A DNA stretch of 64,000 nt from the NCBI GenBank assembly GCA_002633005.1, contig NMRA01000395.1, positions 168,994-232,993 on the forward strand, given 5' to 3'. Positions within the stretch are counted from its first letter, which is position 1. Every line of letters begins with the position of its first letter. This DNA is from Phoronis australis. Its lineage: Eukaryota; Animalia; Phoronida. The translations under genes were made by a program, and so were the position numbers. Below, one piece after another: positions 36,857 through 48,443 of this stretch. The notes beneath the pieces were generated by a model, which did no database searches, was not told the DNA's origin, and was given only the letters and a program-made list of their open reading frames with translations.

Positions 36857-38273
36857 AGAGCGACACTTGGCGGAATTAATTGAAAAGACGACAATGAGAG
36901 CGACGACGACAATCATGAGAATCTAGGCGGCAAGTAGGAATAAAACGATAACATTCATGTGACTAGCAAAGAAATCAAATAGAGAGCATACAATCAACTA
37001 CAATAAAGAACAATAGATGGCGCAACATGACGGTCCAGTCTACAGTAGAACAGTGCTGGCTGGGTCAGTCTAGGTCAACTAGGCATAACCAAAACAAAGC
37101 GAACTGAAAGCCAGTCAGCTGCGTGCTTGCATAGAGGACCGAAGGAACAACGGTATCCAAAAATCTCGAATAATTAAAAAAGTAGACGTCGTAGTGCAAA
37201 ATGGAAAATATCTTCTGAAAGCCCGTTCAAAACTCTATCTAAAATGGTAGTTTGGAAAACACGATAACATTCATGTGACTAGCGAAGAAATCAAATAGAG
37301 AGCATACACTCAACTACAATAAAGAACAATAGATGGCGCAACATGACGGATGAGCCATGCTTTACAGTAGGACAGTGCTGGCTGGGTCAGTCTGGGTCAA
37401 CTAGGCATAACCAAAACAAAGTGAACTGAAGGCCAGCCAGCTGCGTGCTTGCATAGGAACAACGGTATCCGAAAATCTCGAATAATTCAAAAAGTAGACG
37501 TCGTAGCGCAAAATGGAAAATATTTTCTGAAAGCCCGTTCAAAATTCTATCTAAAGTGGTAGTTTGGCAAAAATCCAAAAAATTTTCGAGAAAATTGAAA
37601 ATTTGCCGTTTTTTTTTGAAATTCAAAGTCAAATAACTCGAAAACGGTAAGTCTGAGAAATACGCTCTCGCAGCCATACACAAGGAATCCACATGCAAAA
37701 ATTCACGTCATTTGCTCTTCCCATAAAAAATGCGACACCAGAGCGACTGAAACCGTGTGAACATGCCCCACAGCCGCCATCTTGAAGGTGACTTCCAGTT
37801 CAATATTTTTTATAAAAGCTTACTAAACTCAACAAACACGTGACCAGTTTGAAAGTGATTGGTTTGCAATTGCGCCCTCTACAGGAGAAAACGTTTTTAG
37901 CCATATTTCGGGGTGCGCATGCGCCACGTCCAATATTTCCGCCATCTTGAACCGGAAGTCAACGATTTTCTGCACAATTGTAGCACATGCGTTCTAGTAT
38001 ATTCGTACCGATTTTCAGCCATGTAGGTCGAACAATGCGGCCTCCACGAGTATTTGACTGTGAAATCGGATACAAAATGGCCGCCATGTCCGCCATTTTG
38101 TATCCGATCATGACCAAAAACAATAGGCTTCCAGGAATTTCCGATCTACACGTTGTGTGCAAATTTCGTGAAAATCGGACGAAAATTGCGACTTGTAGAG
38201 TGCGAACAAAAAAAAAAAAAAAACTTGCTGTCAGACCAACATACTTGGCGGAAGAATTCCGCCAAGTAATAAT
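36857..38273 (-). mobile_element. HINE-like element, family 3, inverted copy with ~315-bp internal tandem duplication
   Basis: Perfect hairpin ACTTGGCGGAA-GAA-TTCCGCCAAGT near 38242-38266. Reverse complement aligns along 35653-36696. 36945-37260 repeats at 37261-37570. Confidence 0.7.
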
Positions 38274-40548
38274 ATAGAGTGGAATAATTGTATAGACGGC
38301 AAATTTGTGGAAATTTAAAAATAGAATAGACTGGAATGATAATATTGATTACAAATTTGAATAAAGTCTAATGATGATATAGATGGGAATAATAGTGCAA
38401 AACAGCAAATTCTAGGGAATAATGGAATAGACGGGAAATTTGTGGATTATTAAAAATAGTATAGACTGGAATAGTAACATTGATTACAAATTCACATAAA
38501 ATCTAGTAACGGTAGATGGAAATGATAGTACAAAATCTAATAATGATATAGATAGGAATAATAATGCAAAGAAGCAACTTCTATCTGATTTACCACCGTT
38601 TTAAGTAATTGTTTCAAAGAAAAACCTTTCAACTGAACACGTAGGTTAGTTAAATTATTGCATTGGCGTATCCAATGTAATAACATTGTACAGTGAAGTG
38701 GAATAAAAGTGTCATTGATAAAACAAAAGACCATTGGCTTATTCAATAACATTACTTTAAATGGAAGTCTATACAGACGTGTTTCAAACGGTATATGGAA
38801 TCATTTTACTCAAAAAAGAATGTGACATTCATACTAGAGATGCCAATGTCGACTAAGTCCAAGAACTATAACATGGAAGTAAAGATTTCACCAGCAACGT
38901 CCTGTCTTCCGCGAAGCTGACAGTCTGAATAAAGACAATAAAGTGTCTTGGTAAAACGAGTCTCATTTTTATCATACATGTTCCTGACAGTCGAGCCTTT
39001 CTTGTTTCTCTCAATCTCATGTTGTGCACAATGTTCATAGTCAATACTCTCGTAATGTTAGTCAGAGATCCACCGTAACACGATACAATAGTTTGCCTTA
39101 CAACAAAACTGATTACTGAAACACATTCCTGCTTCAGCATAAGTCATACTAGTTTTGAGTATCAAAAACAAATACTCATGCAAATTTGCAGGATTTTGTC
39201 TAGCTAGGATCTTCCTCAAAATTAGCTGTGCTGATCTATTTCAAATGCATTGTCGGACAGTTATCAGGTTGTAACAGCCAATGACGTACATCGTCGAATG
39301 TTCTTGAACCAACAACCTTCCCACAATGCATTTGAAGAACGGCAACGGCATCGTAGATAAACCCTGTGACTTCCTTACTCGTATACCAATGTAATACACT
39401 CTTAGCCACATATTAAAAATCGTCCATTGGCCGCCACATGTTCTTGAAAGGCCAAGGTCACACCTTTTTGGTCAGTTGACCTTTAGGAGATAATTGCAAC
39501 CTATTATTCACTGGTGTTTTCAGGGGAATTGTTTAGTATGCTATATTTTATCAATCAAAAGGTAAATCAATTTAGCATTCACATTACTAGGCCGTGTACA
39601 TTGACGTTCACAGGTGATGTATTGCCTAGATCAGGTGTAAGCAGGTCATCTCATGTATCAGTCCTCCAAATGGTGTTCTTCATGAAATTACAATCCAGTT
39701 TGCTCATCATGTGATAAAGGATCATCTGATAAGAGATCAAATTCACAATTTAATCACAACTCCTGATTTTGAGCCAGCTTACAGTGTTGTTTCCAGGAAA
39801 TAATGTACTATGAGTTGGTTAATTATGCAAAGGTTCAACCTATTTTACATGTGAAATGACAATGTTAGTTTGGCATCATTTTCTACTACTTGACAGCTGT
39901 GTTTTTGTTGATTATTATTTAAAAATCTAATAGAAAATTAGTGAGTTACTTGTAAGTTTTGGGAATGTCTGAACATTTATTCCTTGGCCAATGAGTCTTA
40001 GGTGTGTGATCTAGGGACCAAGAAGCCTTAGTAGGGCTTTTGTAAAGAGATAAGAATGCTTGGAGAAAAGTGAATTGCTGTAGTCAGCTGGTAATACCAC
40101 TGACCTTTAAACCTACATATACTGTCCCAGCTAAGCGATTTCTTTGTGAAAATGCGGATGAACCAGAAAGGTTTTAGAAGTTGTAGTCATGTGTTCAAGA
40201 CCTTGCATGTTTCAAATTCTTCTCAAATAATGGACTCCTTATTCATGTGGATGAGTCATTTGATCCTAACAGTTTCTTAATTTGGAAGTGTTGGGCTATT
40301 TTGAACTGCGCAAGTATCAGTGTTTTTCCTGATTTGATTGATAAGAGTTTATTTCTCCTAAAGTGACAACAATCTCAATGTATGTTGTCACCGCTTATTA
40401 CAGGAAACAAAATTTAGACTCAAGTAATACTTTGGGAAAGAGTCTCAGTTGGCTATCCATTGAGGTCCGATTGCGCAAGGATACCTCAAACCGTGTTCAT
40501 ACAAATTGGATATTTTTACACTTCATTTATGTCTAGCAAAATAGCTTA

Positions 40549-43500
40549 CCGTATTCGCCGTAATAACCGCCCAGGGTGCTTAGAAAAGTTCGGTTCAGGG
40601 GGCGCTTATTATAACCCAAGACGGTTGAAACCCGGTCTCCGAAACGGGTGAAATCGAAAGCTTAAGATTCATCAAATTTACGCTCTGTGACGTATCTGTA
40701 ATCTATGAAAGACTTTCAACAAAACTGGTGCATTGCTATCAAACTTTGCTGCTACATTACTATCATTTTACAGAAAATTGTGCTGAAATCCCAGGGCTAA
40801 AACTCGCTGACTGACTGCCTCAAAATCGCCGTCTTCGATATGGTGACTTCAATGCTTGAATAAAAATAGTTTCAACTCGAGTAAATTACCTGAAATCTTC
40901 ATTCAGTTTTCTAAGTAGCGTCCCTAAGATTTTTTTAAGTTCCCGTGGAGTTTGGATTAACAGCAGGTTTAAGTAGAAATCTGTGCAACATCATGTCATC
41001 TACATGTATGATCGGCAACACGGCGAGAAAAATGTCTGGACGAACACATATGTTGTTGTCATGTGACCTTTTTTTTTGATGTTTGTCTGCATTTGTGAGT
41101 AAGCGAGTGCGTGCATGTCACCAGAGTTCATTTGCCAAAGCAGAGACCGTCTTTTGGCCAGAGCCATGCAATCTAACCAGCTAGATGTGCATTGTGTCTA
41201 AAGAAATTTGCACAAACAGTAGGCCTAAACCAGAGAGTGTTTCATTCAGCACTTGCCGGTCTCGTGCTAAAAACGTTCGACATTTGTCTCGGTAAGGCCC
41301 ATATTAGTCGCCGTGTAGCTGGATGTGTACGTAACTATGTGACAGTTATTTTTCGGTGTAAGGGTGTGTAAGCATTCACTGTCAGTTGTCATTTTATCAG
41401 ATATTCGGCTTAAAAACACCAATTATGGTTAATCAAACCATCTCAAAAATAACGCAAACATGTTTCATAGTATTAGAAATTGTCGGAAATTAGTGCCAAT
41501 ATTCATTTCTTACCGATGCTATGATACCCGTTTCATGAATGGATAGTTCCCCACTGATGTCTTTGATGACAGGTTCATATAGACCCAATTCACACGGCGG
41601 ACATTAAAATCCAAAGCGAGGCTCACTGCGATAAACAAAGAGGAAATTTACATTGCATGAGTAAATGGCCGGTCGTTGGAGTCCAACCTGAATATTAAAT
41701 CTTAAAAAATGTGTCCATGATTAACCACAGAGACGTAGAAAAATACAGTTAAAGAACAAGTCAATGCACCAAAAGAGTTGTCTGACGAAAGGATATAATT
41801 TTTTTCCGGAAAACTAAGTTCAAAACATGAAAAGTAAACATGACCAAATTGCGGCGATCATAGTGTTACGGATTAGGTATCATGCTGAATGCAGGGTTAC
41901 GTTTCTTCTAATAAATTCTGGATAAAAATGCTTTCTACACGAACCAGGTCATCTGGTCGTATTGTTGACGAGTTGAAGATATATTCGACAGTGGTGGCTC
42001 ATAGCATTTTCCTGTCGAGCAATTGGTCACATCTAGTTTAATTTGTTGATCAAGAGAAGGCCTATTAGCTTCAAGCATAGCCTAGGTCCTGGTGAGGTAG
42101 GCACTACCGTGACTAAAAGTTGATTTGTCATTGATCTGAAATAATACTTAATGTTATTAAATATATATTTTGATTATGAAAAACCAGGCTCGCAATTGAA
42201 ACTAAAAATTATATGACCATCAATTCTGCTTTCTTGGTTTTAATAATTACGTCTACGGTATTTCATGTGTTATATTTTTCAAATATCAATCTCGACCAAG
42301 TTGAATTTTAAAATTAAAACATGTTATTCTTTTGTCCAAAGCATAACCTCATTTTAGAGCTCAATTTCAGTTGGACAGAACACAGTGGCGGATTTAGAGG
42401 GGAGCCAAAGGGGTCATGCCCCCCCCCCTAAAATTCTCCCAGATTCCATTTGGCAGTTCAGGAGCGCGAATGCCTGACGGGCAAAATCCTGGCTAATACT
42501 CTGCCTTGGTCCCCCCAACTCAAAGTCCTGGATAACTCAAAGTCCTGGATCCCCCTGAAACAAGCATAGTTATGCTTCTTCAGAGGTCTCGTTCATATTC
42601 GAGGGGAAAGGTGCCTGTGCGGCCTTCTGAGAGGGGAACGTTTCGCCGAGTGATGGGTCAGTGAAAAATCTACTGACCTCCCGATCATCATCAATAGCAC
42701 CCCGCCCTGTTTCAAGCTCTCATAGCTTTGTCTCAAGTAACATTTTCAGTGGCTGATCTAGGATACCATGAGGGGGGCCCGACACCCTCAGAGAAGCGGG
42801 CAAAGCGCGATTGTATGCATGCAGGCAGCCCGGAAGTTGCGGGTGCGGAGGATGTATACCTTCTGCTAAGGAAATCTGACTAAAAAATTGGACTAAAAAA
42901 AAACGGAACTTGTTTTTCCCCCTCATCCGCTACCGGTCCTAGCTCGAACTCAATATAGTCAGGCAGTCCTCCCGCATCACGTTTTGCTGGTTTATTTTGC
43001 TTGCGGCAGTCAAGGGGGGGGCAGCCACCCCCCTAAATCAGCCTATGATTTTGTACTTTTTCAAATTGTCACCTCTGTGGTCACAGGTGATTTGAACCGT
43101 TGGAGAGAAATTTTCAATCAGTAAGGGAATTTTTAGGCCTCGTGGGACCGGGAATTTTGCCTGATTTTTCAATATTTTTGAGAGGGGAATAGGGCCGATA
43201 TTTGGCCCCAAAATTGAGGGATTGAGGACCCTGTCCTTTTTGTAAAGAAAAATGCATCACGCTTTAACCCATAGTCATGAAAACACAGCCTGGCTGACCG
43301 AAGACTCTCCGGTCCTTGTTGCTACGGCGGCATCTGAGATGCGACAAATTTTGATTCGAAAACAGTTATAAATTTTACACGGAAATATTTTCCTTCGTCG
43401 CGGCGTATGGCAAGGATCCAACGCTTCCGAATCCCAACGTCCTTAGGGATTGTAAAACAGACAGTTGAGTGTCCGTTTTTTTTCTAGCTGTTCGAGCAAC

Positions 43501-43915
43501 GCAGAGTACAACTACGCGGATAAACCACCAGAGCTATCGTAGCGAGCCTCGTTTTGGAACGCGCCTCCTGTCGGCGTGAATAGGGTCTATATGTAGCGCG
43601 CACTTCCTGGCCACGTGCGTTTAACACCGAGTTATTTTTATTAATGAGATAGTCGATGTGTCTGTACTGAAAGATCATACCATAGAGTAGCAACACTGTT
43701 GCGTTCTTTTTGAAGCGCTACATTACTTTGAGTTGTATAGTTACGGCTAAATACAAACGTAGCAGTGCCGCTGGTGGTCTAGAAGACCCCAGCAATTTTT
43801 TTGGATAAATTGAAGACGTTACTGTAGCCGAGTTTTAGGGCTGTAGGTACTTCATTGTTCGCATGTACACGTTCATGGACTGGGCGCTTATTTCAGCAAA
43901 GTTTGAAAACATGCA
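40549..43915 (+). mobile_element. TA-flanked TIR element, copy A (right end missing, carries a 2-kb insertion)
   Basis: TA|CCGTATTCGCCGTAATAACCG left TIR. 40555-41580 and 43590-43910 align with 45565-46975. Confidence 0.8.
41581..43588. mobile_element. Nested TIR element with 2-bp TSD (AT or TA; ISL2EU-like ends possible)
   Basis: AT|AGACCCAATTCAC..CCAAAGCGAGGCTCACTGCGATA and TATCGTAGCGAGCCTCGTTTTGG..GTGAATAGGGTCT|AT. The empty site is visible in copy B at ~46530. Confidence 0.8.
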
Positions 43916-44166
43916 CAAGTGTGATGAAATTTGTTTACTAGTTATCCCAGGTCAAAGGTTACGGTGCTGTCACTCAAATTGAATTTCCCGCCAGGCAGAG
44001 AGCAGCTCGGTGTGTACCCTGAGTCCTTGCATTCATCAAGTCGATATAATATTCAAGTCAATGAGGTGTACATATGATGGAAAGATGCGGGGAAACGTAG
44101 TTTCGATCTTGAGGGAGAACGAATGCTCTGAGCTGTCTGACGCCTCTGTGACTTTTTGTTCACGAA

Positions 44167-45508
44167 CCTGGGTGAGAATTTTACATGTTTGACATGCTCT
44201 GAAAACGTGGAGTATTCGAACAGCGTGTCAAACATGTCATACGTGTAAAACGTGGCGTGTCAAACATGTAAAATGTAGCATGTCAAACGTGTAAAATGTA
44301 GCGTGTCAAACGTGGCGAAAACGTGGCAAAAACTTGTAATTTTCGTTCCAATACTCCACGTTTCACACGTTTAGCATGTCAACTGTGGTGCTTGTGCCAC
44401 ACTAGCGTGTCAACCGTGGCGCTTTTGCCATGCTAGCTTGTCAAAGTAGCGCTTTTGCCACACTAGCCTGGTTGCCATGGTAGTGAGCCCACATTTAACC
44501 TGAGGCTGTGGACAAGCCATCATGTTCTTGTTTATAGCAGCTCACCATGCACAATGGGAATCAATACTGAAAGCAAATGTATAAAGGTATTTCTTGTTTA
44601 AGTCACTGTTCGTTGTCAAGGTACCTAAACTACACGGTCAACGGACTCATTAACACGGGCACGTATGCATGAACATGACTCACGGACCTGCAAACACCGT
44701 CCACTGACTCACAAACACGAGAATGGACTCGCAAAACACGATCCACACACCCAAATACATGGGACATGGACTCATATTCATGAGGAAACACGGTTAACAG
44801 ACCGCCAAACACGGGTCACGGACTCATCGGCTTCCTGGGTCAGCTGACATCTCCATTTTGTCCATAATCCGTGTCCAACTTACCTGTTTAAAAGAAGGAC
44901 CATTCGCAAGAAAAGTTTATCAAGCCACTGTCAAACAGAGTATACCCAACTTCTGTTAGAGCTGCATCACATTCCAAAACCATGTTTCATAAGTGCTCTC
45001 CTTACACAACTACACTCTCTGACAGCTAAACCAACTCTAACTCAGTATTTAGACATTTGAAAAGGCAGTTGAATCTTTTTTGCTAATTCTTTGATGTTAT
45101 TAAGGGAAAATGTTTAGACATTCAAATTGGGTGATTACCTCTCAGTGGCCTTTTCATAACTGCCAAGCCTATTTAAATTGTCTCTTTATTGAAGAGTTCT
45201 ATCATATTTTACACGTTTGACATGCTAAATTGTACACGTTTGATATGCTGGCGTTGCAAATTTTAGACGTTCGCGCGCTAGCGTGGCAAATTTTACATGT
45301 TGGACACTCTAGCGTGGCAAATTTTACACATTTGACAAGCTAGCGTGGCACATTATTACAAGTTTGACAAGCTAATGTGTAAAATTTTACACGTTTGACA
45401 CGTTAGCGTGTCATGTTTTGATGAGCGTGGCAATTTTGACACATGTTACACGCTTTTTCACGTTTGACACGTTCAAGAACGTGTCAAACGTGTAAAATTC
45501 TCACCGGG
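44167..45508. mobile_element. Non-autonomous CACTA/CMC-like element with subterminal repeat arrays
   Basis: AA|CCTGGGTGAGAATTTTACATGTTTGAC ... GTCAAACGTGTAAAATTCTCACCGGG|AA. Many GTCAAACGTG / CACGTTTGAC repeats in opposite orientation near the two ends. Confidence 0.7.
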
Positions 45509-45563
45509 AATGCAGCAGGTTGTGAAAAAAGATAAATCCTCACCAAATACCTTAAATTGGGTT

Positions 45564-47029
45564 CCATCTTCGCTGTAATAACTGCCCAGGGCGCTTAGAA
45601 AAGTTCGTTTTGGGGGGGGCGCTTATTATAACCCAAGGCCATTGAAACCCGGTCTCTGAAACGGGTGAAATCGGAAGCTAAGATTCATCACATTTATGCT
45701 CTGTGACGTATCTGTAATCTATGAAAGACTTACTACAAAACCATGATGCATTGCTATCAAACATAGCTGATAAATTACCATCATTTTACAGAAGATTGTG
45801 CTGAAATCCCTGGGCGAAAACTCGCCGACTGACTGCCTGGCAATCGTCGATATGGCGACTTGAATGCAAATTACCTGAAATCCTCCTTACGTTTTCTAAG
45901 TAGCGCCCCTAAGATGTTTAAGTTCCCGTGGAGTCGGGATTAATGGCAGGTTTAAGTACAAAGCTGTGCTACATCGTGCCATATACATGTGTGATTGGCA
46001 ACATGAGAAAAATGTCTGGACAAACACACAATGTTGTTGTCACGTGACGTTTGTTTGAAGTTCAGCTGCTTTGTGTAAGCGAGTGCGTGCATGTCACCAG
46101 ATTTCATTTGCCACAGCAGAGACTGTTTTTGGCCAGAGCCACGTAATCTAATGACCTAGATGTGCATTGTATCTAAAGAAATTTGCACAAGCAGTAGGCC
46201 TAAACCAGAGCGTGTTTCATTCAGCACTTGCCATTCTCTTGTGCTAAAAACATTCAACATTTGTCTCGGTAAGGCCCATAGTCAGCGTGTGACAGTTATT
46301 TTTCAGTGTAAGGGTGTGTAAGCATTCACTGTCAGTGGTCATTTTATCAGATATTTGGCTTAAAAACACCAATTATTATTATTATTTCAGTTGATCCATT
46401 CTTGTTGTTTTATTTACCGATTTATAGTATTAGAAACTGTCGGAAATTAGTGCCAATATTCATTTCTTGCTGAAGCTATGCTACCGGTTTCATGAATGGA
46501 TAGTTCCCAACTAATGTCTTTGATGACAGGTTCATGTATGTAGCGCGCTTCCTGGCCACGTGCTTTTAACTCTGGCCAAGCTTTTTATTAGTTTTCAATT
46601 TGAAGTTTTCACGTGTTGGCCTACAAAGAAATTTGGATTCCTGTTAAAAGCGGGAAATATCTACAAAGCAATCCCGTAGACAAGTGCCCTACGTCTGTTC
46701 TGGAAGGCCACACCATTGGTCCTCGCAAGATCAGCAAAACTTGTGTTCGTCATTTTGAGGCATGGCGGAAGTTTGAAGTGTATAGTCACGGCTAAATACC
46801 GACATAGAGGCGAGGCTTGTGGTCTACAAATTCTGCACACAATGATTTTTTTCAGGACTGTCGAATATTATTGATAAATTGATAACGTTACTGTAGAATT
46901 TTAGGACTGTAGGTAAGGCATTTTTTGCATGTACACGTTCATGGAGTGGGCGCTTATTTTAGCAAAGTCTGAAAACGCGTGGGGTGGTGGTGCTTATAGG
47001 GGCATGGTCGGTTATTACGGCGAATACGG
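45564..47029 (+). mobile_element. TA-flanked TIR element, copy B
   Basis: Degenerate left TIR CCATCTTCGCTGTAATAACTGCCC and intact right TIR CGGTTATTACGGCGAATACGG|TA. Confidence 0.8.
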
Positions 47030-47364
47030 TAATTTGACATTTCCCTGTTTTGATCTCAGGCTCACGACTGGACTTCTGTTATCCATTTTGTACTTGGTTT
47101 TGTATCAGCCTACTTTAAAGTAGTTCAACAGTTGATCTGCTTATCGGACTGGAGACAGCAACAAAATAAAGGTCGGGGCTGATAAATAAGTTTATGCATC
47201 TCAAATTCAGTTGACATTGTGAATGTTGAAATAAAGAACATCATTGGTTAAGGCATGTACATGATATTGACGGAAAACAAGTTTTCATGGAATAATTAAC
47301 CAAAGACCTTGAGATTTTTGCGGGCTTTACAAATGTCCCAAATTAATTGGCTTTTTCCCGGCTT

Positions 47365-47612
47365 TGTGGTGTAATGAATCGTGCTGCGGCCGACAGATGG
47401 TGCGCACGTGGTAGTAATTAAAACAACACACGAATACCTCAACCAATAAAATACGTCTATTAATTTGCAGCGTTGCGATTGACAAACAATAGTTTACAAT
47501 AAGATGCGAGACTGACGACTAACTGAACAAGACGAGATATCACTGCTAGAGAAAGTACTAAATAACAATATCACCAGTTACCAGTAGCAACCGCACGTGT
47601 AAACTCACCACA
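47365..47612. mobile_element. Possible solo LTR
   Basis: TGTGGTG...CACCACA perfect 7-bp inverted ends and an internal AATAAA. No TSD, PBS or PPT found. Confidence 0.35.
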
Positions 47613-47924
47613 AGTCGCAAAAGAACTAACCCTCTAGAACAATCGCTAGACTGGTTCGAATTGACTAACAGGCTGAGACCAATACCTGTGTTAAATGTCT
47701 ATACCTCGGTTGCACTTGACTCGTAGGTTTTCTGTCCGGTCCTGTGTCCATGCCGTTCACTGTCTGGCTGAGATCGTGACTTTGCAGTTTTTGAAGTCTC
47801 CAGTCGTCTAGTTCGGTGCGGTCTGAACGGTCTGCTTCTGTTAGTGCCTTAAGTAGCACCTTTGGAGCCATCACGTGATGGTCCCACCTCTTTTAGTACA
47901 TTTCCCTTATGACCAGCTAATTAA

Positions 47925-48270
47925 CTGTCCTATAGAAAATTCTTGCGTAACTGCCACCTCTCTCAGATTTGCTACACCAGGGGTGTGCCTATCCTCCGAG
48001 GGATCTCTATTTAACTGTCACTCTAGCGACATGGAATCTCAGTTGGTGATTAACTATCTTATAGAAAATTCTTGCATAACCGTCACCCCTCTCAGATTTG
48101 CTGCACCAGGGGTGTGCCTATCCTCCGAGGGATCGCTATTTAACTGTCACTCTAGGGATGTGGAAGCTCAGTTGGCGACCAACCATCCTATAGAAAATTC
48201 TTGCATAACTGCCACCCCTCTCGGACTTGCTGCCCCAGGGGCGTGCCCATCCTCCGAGAAATCTCAGCTA
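47925..48270 (+). repeat. 129-bp tandem repeat, ~2.6 units
   Basis: TATAGAAAATTCTTGC...CCAGGGG(T/G)GTGCC..ATCCTCCGAG recurs at ~47931, 48060, 48189. Confidence 0.9.
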
Positions 48271-48443
48271 TTACAGAAGTATGCACATCCCCTGGGAATA
48301 TTTTAAGACATGCTTGCATGCACGTGGAAAGCAGTGCCTCATTATATTACAGCTTCAGGAAATCAACACGAGGTCTCAAAAATGTGTTGGTGGATTTTGC
48401 TGAAATTTCATAAACTTAATATTTATTCATCAATCTCAAAAAT

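Noticed and set aside
42383-43047. hAT-like MITE (CAGTGGCGGATTTAG..CTAAATCAGCCTATG) within the nested element
   Set aside because: Ends are only partly complementary, no 8-bp TSD, and several overlapping similar ends make boundaries undefinable.
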